Positions 60,771 to 64,000 of a stretch of DNA of 64,000 nucleotides are shown here, piece by piece. The position numbers were made by a program, and so were the translations under genes. The stretch is from Mobula hypostoma (lineage: Eukaryota). Within the stretch, counting starts at the first letter, position 1; each line of letters opens with the position of its first letter. The stretch is taken from assembly GCF_963921235.1 (NCBI RefSeq), contig NC_086108.1, positions 58,344,001 to 58,408,000 of the forward strand, in the 5' to 3' direction. The notes under the pieces were generated by a model. It did not search any database. It had not been told where the DNA came from and worked only from the letters and a program-made list of their open reading frames with translations.

Positions 60771-61269
60771 CTATACGTAAACCACAAAAACGAATTAGAT
60801 TAGCAACGCAACGAATCTTGTTTACTTGACATTAAACTTTTCAGAGACTTTCAGATTAAGATCTCCCTCTCCGATTTCATAACATTGTTGACTGGCAATC
60901 AGGTATGTGGATTACTAACACTGTCCCCACACATCTTGGAAAGCTATTTAAAGCACACCATAACTTACATGGCCGGAAGTCCATTGTAACATTTCATAAA
61001 GTTACAACGATTTTTGCCAGTTTTAGCAGCTTTTCCTCTTTCACCTGGTATTAAGTTCTTTCATGCTACCTTGTCACCCATCCTCATCGGCCTACAATTG
61101 TTTACAAAGACAATGAAACTAAGTAGGTCCCTACATACATTAAAAATGTTCCATCCAATTAAAATTACTTAACTAATTAATTAATTGCAGAACAATTTAG
61201 TGTCAGTATTCTGTTGAAAGCCATTCTAAAGCAACTTCAAACTTAAATGTGTGAACTTGCTAAAAGTAA

Positions 61270-62896
61270 CACAGTTATACACAAAAATGAAAGAGGAACT
61301 CAGCAGGTCAGGCAGCAACTATGGAGGGAAACGAACAGTCTCCTCACCATCAAGGACATCTTCAAAAGGCAGCATCGATCATGAAGGACACTCACCATCC
61401 AAGCCGTGCCCTATTCTCATTGCTACCATCAGAGAGGGGGGTAATTTATAGAAATTTTTATGTATTGCATTGTAATGCTGCCACCAAACAACAAATTTCG
61501 TGACATTATGTCAGTGATAATAAACCTGATTTTTATTTTGACAGGAAATAGTTGAGTCCAGGTGAGAGGGGAAAAGGTAGGTAGGCGGCGTAGGGGGCAA
61601 TGAAATGGAATGATGTGAGAAACTTGGCTATAGGTCAAAGAAGCAAAAAGCTGAAGAAGGAGGAATCTCAGAGAGGACCGTAGATCATGGAATAAAGGGT
61701 AGGGGGTAGGGAACCAGAGGAAGTGATGGCCAGGTCGTGAAGGCAAGAGAGGGGAAGAAAACAGGTGAGAGTGCCACTGGGATGAGAAAAAAAAAAGGAC
61801 AAAAGAGGGATGGGGTTACTGAAAGTTATAGAAATCTATTTTCTGTCGTCAGGTTGTAGGCTACCAAATAGAATGAGTGGTTGCTTCTCCAATCTGTGTC
61901 TGGCCCCATCATGGGAGTAGAGGAGATTGTGTATAGACATATATATCATAGACAGCAGTGGATTAAGTGAAGGTGTTTGATATGCAGCAGTCCCCAATCT
62001 GAGTCGAGTCTCACTGATGTAGAGGCCACCACACCAGATGCAATAGATGACCCCAAATCGCATGTAAAGCACCGCTTCACCTGGAAGGATTATTTTGGGC
62101 TATGAATAATGCTGAGAGAGGTGGTGTAGAGGCAGATGCAGCACTTAGCAAAGTTGCAGTGAAGAGGGACATCAGTGAGGAGGGATGAGAAGATAAGGGA
62201 GTTGCAGAGAAAGCCATCCCTTCAGAAAGCAGAGGTGAGGGGAGTAGAAGGGAAAGATTTGTGTGGTGCTGGAATCTCTTTGGGGGGTGGGGTGGGGGAG
62301 GATCATTGTCAAAAGTTTTGCTGTCTGCCACAATTTCCAGGATCTTCCAGTAATTTGGACATGTCTGGCCAGGACCTCCTCTACTGCCATGAAATCAGAA
62401 GCAGGTTGAAGGAGCAACACTTTATGTTCCATTTTGGTAGTCTCCAAGTTGATGGCATGAACACTGATTTCTCCCACCCCACCTTTGTTTTCCCTCATCA
62501 AGGAGGTCATTGCATCCTTTCTCATCCTCCACCCTCACAACCTACCCATCACCCCTCTATGGTTCCCCACCCTCCTTCCCTTCACTACTGTCCTCTCCAA
62601 TTAGATATCTTCAGCTCTTTGCCTCTTCAACCCATCACCTTCTAGCTTCCCACATCATTCCCTTCCATCCCTTTCCCCCACCACCTACATTCCCTCCTCA
62701 TCTGAACTTGCCCATTTCTTGCAGTTTGTGTTCATTCCCCTACCTTTTTATTTTGGCTTCTGCTCCCTTCGCTTTCAATCCTGATGATGGGTCTCACCCT
62801 GAAATGTCAACTGTATGGATGCTGATGACCTGCTGAATTCTTCGAGCATTTTGTGGGTATTGCTCAAGAATTCCAGCATCTACAGAATCTCGTGTC
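61270..62896. mobile_element. Two divergently oriented Penelope-like 3' fragments, with a small Rex/Babar insert at ~61341-61540
   Basis: Minus arm with GIY-YIG remnant GVIYCIWCGGLYISETRLRLG; plus arm RSRLKEQHFMFHFGSLQVDGMNTDFS ending in the hammerhead-bearing terminus. Confidence 0.8.
62776..62813 (+). ncRNA. Minimal hammerhead ribozyme motif, best-preserved core in the window
   Basis: CAATC-CTGATGA-T-GGGTCTCACCCT-GAAAT-GTC-AACTG: CUGAUGA 62781-62787, GAAA 62801-62804, GUC 62806-62808. Stem I is weakened. Confidence 0.7.
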
Positions 62897-63339
62897 AGCA
62901 GCAACAGTCTGCTGTTCAGAGAATCTCAGAATCTGATTTGCCCAACATCTAAACTCAGCATTATTCAAAGACTGCAAGGCCTGATGTAAATTAATTTACA
63001 ATAGTGGGAGATAGAAGATGGAAATTTCCTTTGTGGCAGGCAAGTTTACTCAATGCATTAAAGCTTTATACTAGAATTGATCAAACTACACAAGTTAATG
63101 GTCCTATAATGTCAATTGCATAAAAAGCAACTTGGTTACAATGTTGTGGAGATTATATATCAACTGATTTTCTTCAACTATTTGTTTTTCTATAGCCCAA
63201 TATAAAGAATTTAACAGCTAATAACTATACAGAATGCCAAATTATCCATCTTTTGAACATTCACAGACAGAATGGGAGGGAGTAGTAATAATACATTATG
63301 TAGTAATCCAAACTCGCTTAAAAGGAAAAACATCCATAC

Positions 63340-63444
63340 TCATTTGTCGGTCGCCATAGCTGATGGCTTCTGCAAGAGGGCTCCATCCCTGAGCATTTTT
63401 CACCTTTACAAGCGCGTTGTGAGCTAAAAGTAAATGGGCACACT
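63340..63444 (-). CDS. ANKRD13C: ANKRD13C coding exon (ankyrin repeat region); gene continues beyond the window
   Basis: ttcag|AG ... A|gtatgg. (E)CAHLLLAHNALVKVKNAQGWSPLAEAISYGDRQM(I). Confidence 0.95.
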
Positions 63445-63754
63445 CTGAAAATGAAAAAAAAAGAAATGAGTCAAGCTACAATGATATTTTCCAGCTTCAC
63501 ATGAATGGCAAATATTCACTCGCACTATTCATTACTTTCAATTTAAAAGAATGGAACCACAGAAGTATTTCAGTTTAAATATATAAAAAGCGGTTCAATG
63601 CATCTAGCAATGTTTAAGTATATGCATGTCTTTCAGATTAAGGGTGCATAATACAGAGGAAACTAAAGTCTGTGTGGTGTGTTGATGTGACATGCGACAA
63701 AAGAAGACAACATTCAACAATTAGAAGAATGAAGAACTATATAAAAAGTAAATA

Positions 63755-64000
63755 AATAGACAATAGGTGCAGGAGTAGGCCATTCAGCCCTTTGAGCCAG
63801 CACCGCCATTCACTGTGATCATGGCTGATCATCCATAATCAGTACCCCGTTCCTGCCTTCTCTCCATATCCCTTGACTCCACTATCTTTAAGAGCTCTAT
63901 CTAACCCTTTCTTGAAAGCATCCAGAGAATTGGCCTCCACTGCTTTCTGAGGCAGAGCATTCCACAGATCCACAACTCTCTGGGTGAAAAAGTTTTTCCT
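63755..64000 (-). mobile_element. CR1 3' end, same family as 4541-7400, running off the window
   Basis: Very similar to 4542-4780 (AATAGACAATAGGTGCAG..AGGCCATTC..GCCAGCACCGCCATTCACTGTGATC). Confidence 0.92.

Overview
Vertebrate nuclear DNA, not prokaryotic. The repeat content (CR1-rich, with Penelope, Rex/Babar and V-SINE-like elements) suggests a cartilaginous fish such as a ray or shark, but that is inference. Two genes converge tail-to-tail: the last five exons of SRSF11 (+, 57-2509) and eleven coding exons of ANKRD13C (-, 63444 down to the stop at 11303; its 5' exons lie beyond the window). All exons were rebuilt by hand with GT-AG boundaries and consistent phases. The rest is mostly transposable elements: decayed CR1 and Rex/Babar LINEs, Penelope-like elements, Tc1/mariner, hAT and Harbinger derivatives. 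Highlights: (1) at least six decayed copies of a minimal hammerhead ribozyme at Penelope termini, two inside stand-alone hairpin mini-elements; (2) a full-length L1 with both ORFs open and an 11-bp TSD, whose 5'-terminal motif recurs in antisense inside its inter-ORF spacer; (3) two hAT-like elements with 6-bp TSDs that differ by a hairpin micro-inversion; (4) an R2-like RT fossil with no rDNA around it; (5) a candidate NMD-inducing alternative 3' splice site in SRSF11. Boundaries of old repeats are approximate and family names come from recognised motifs, not database searches.
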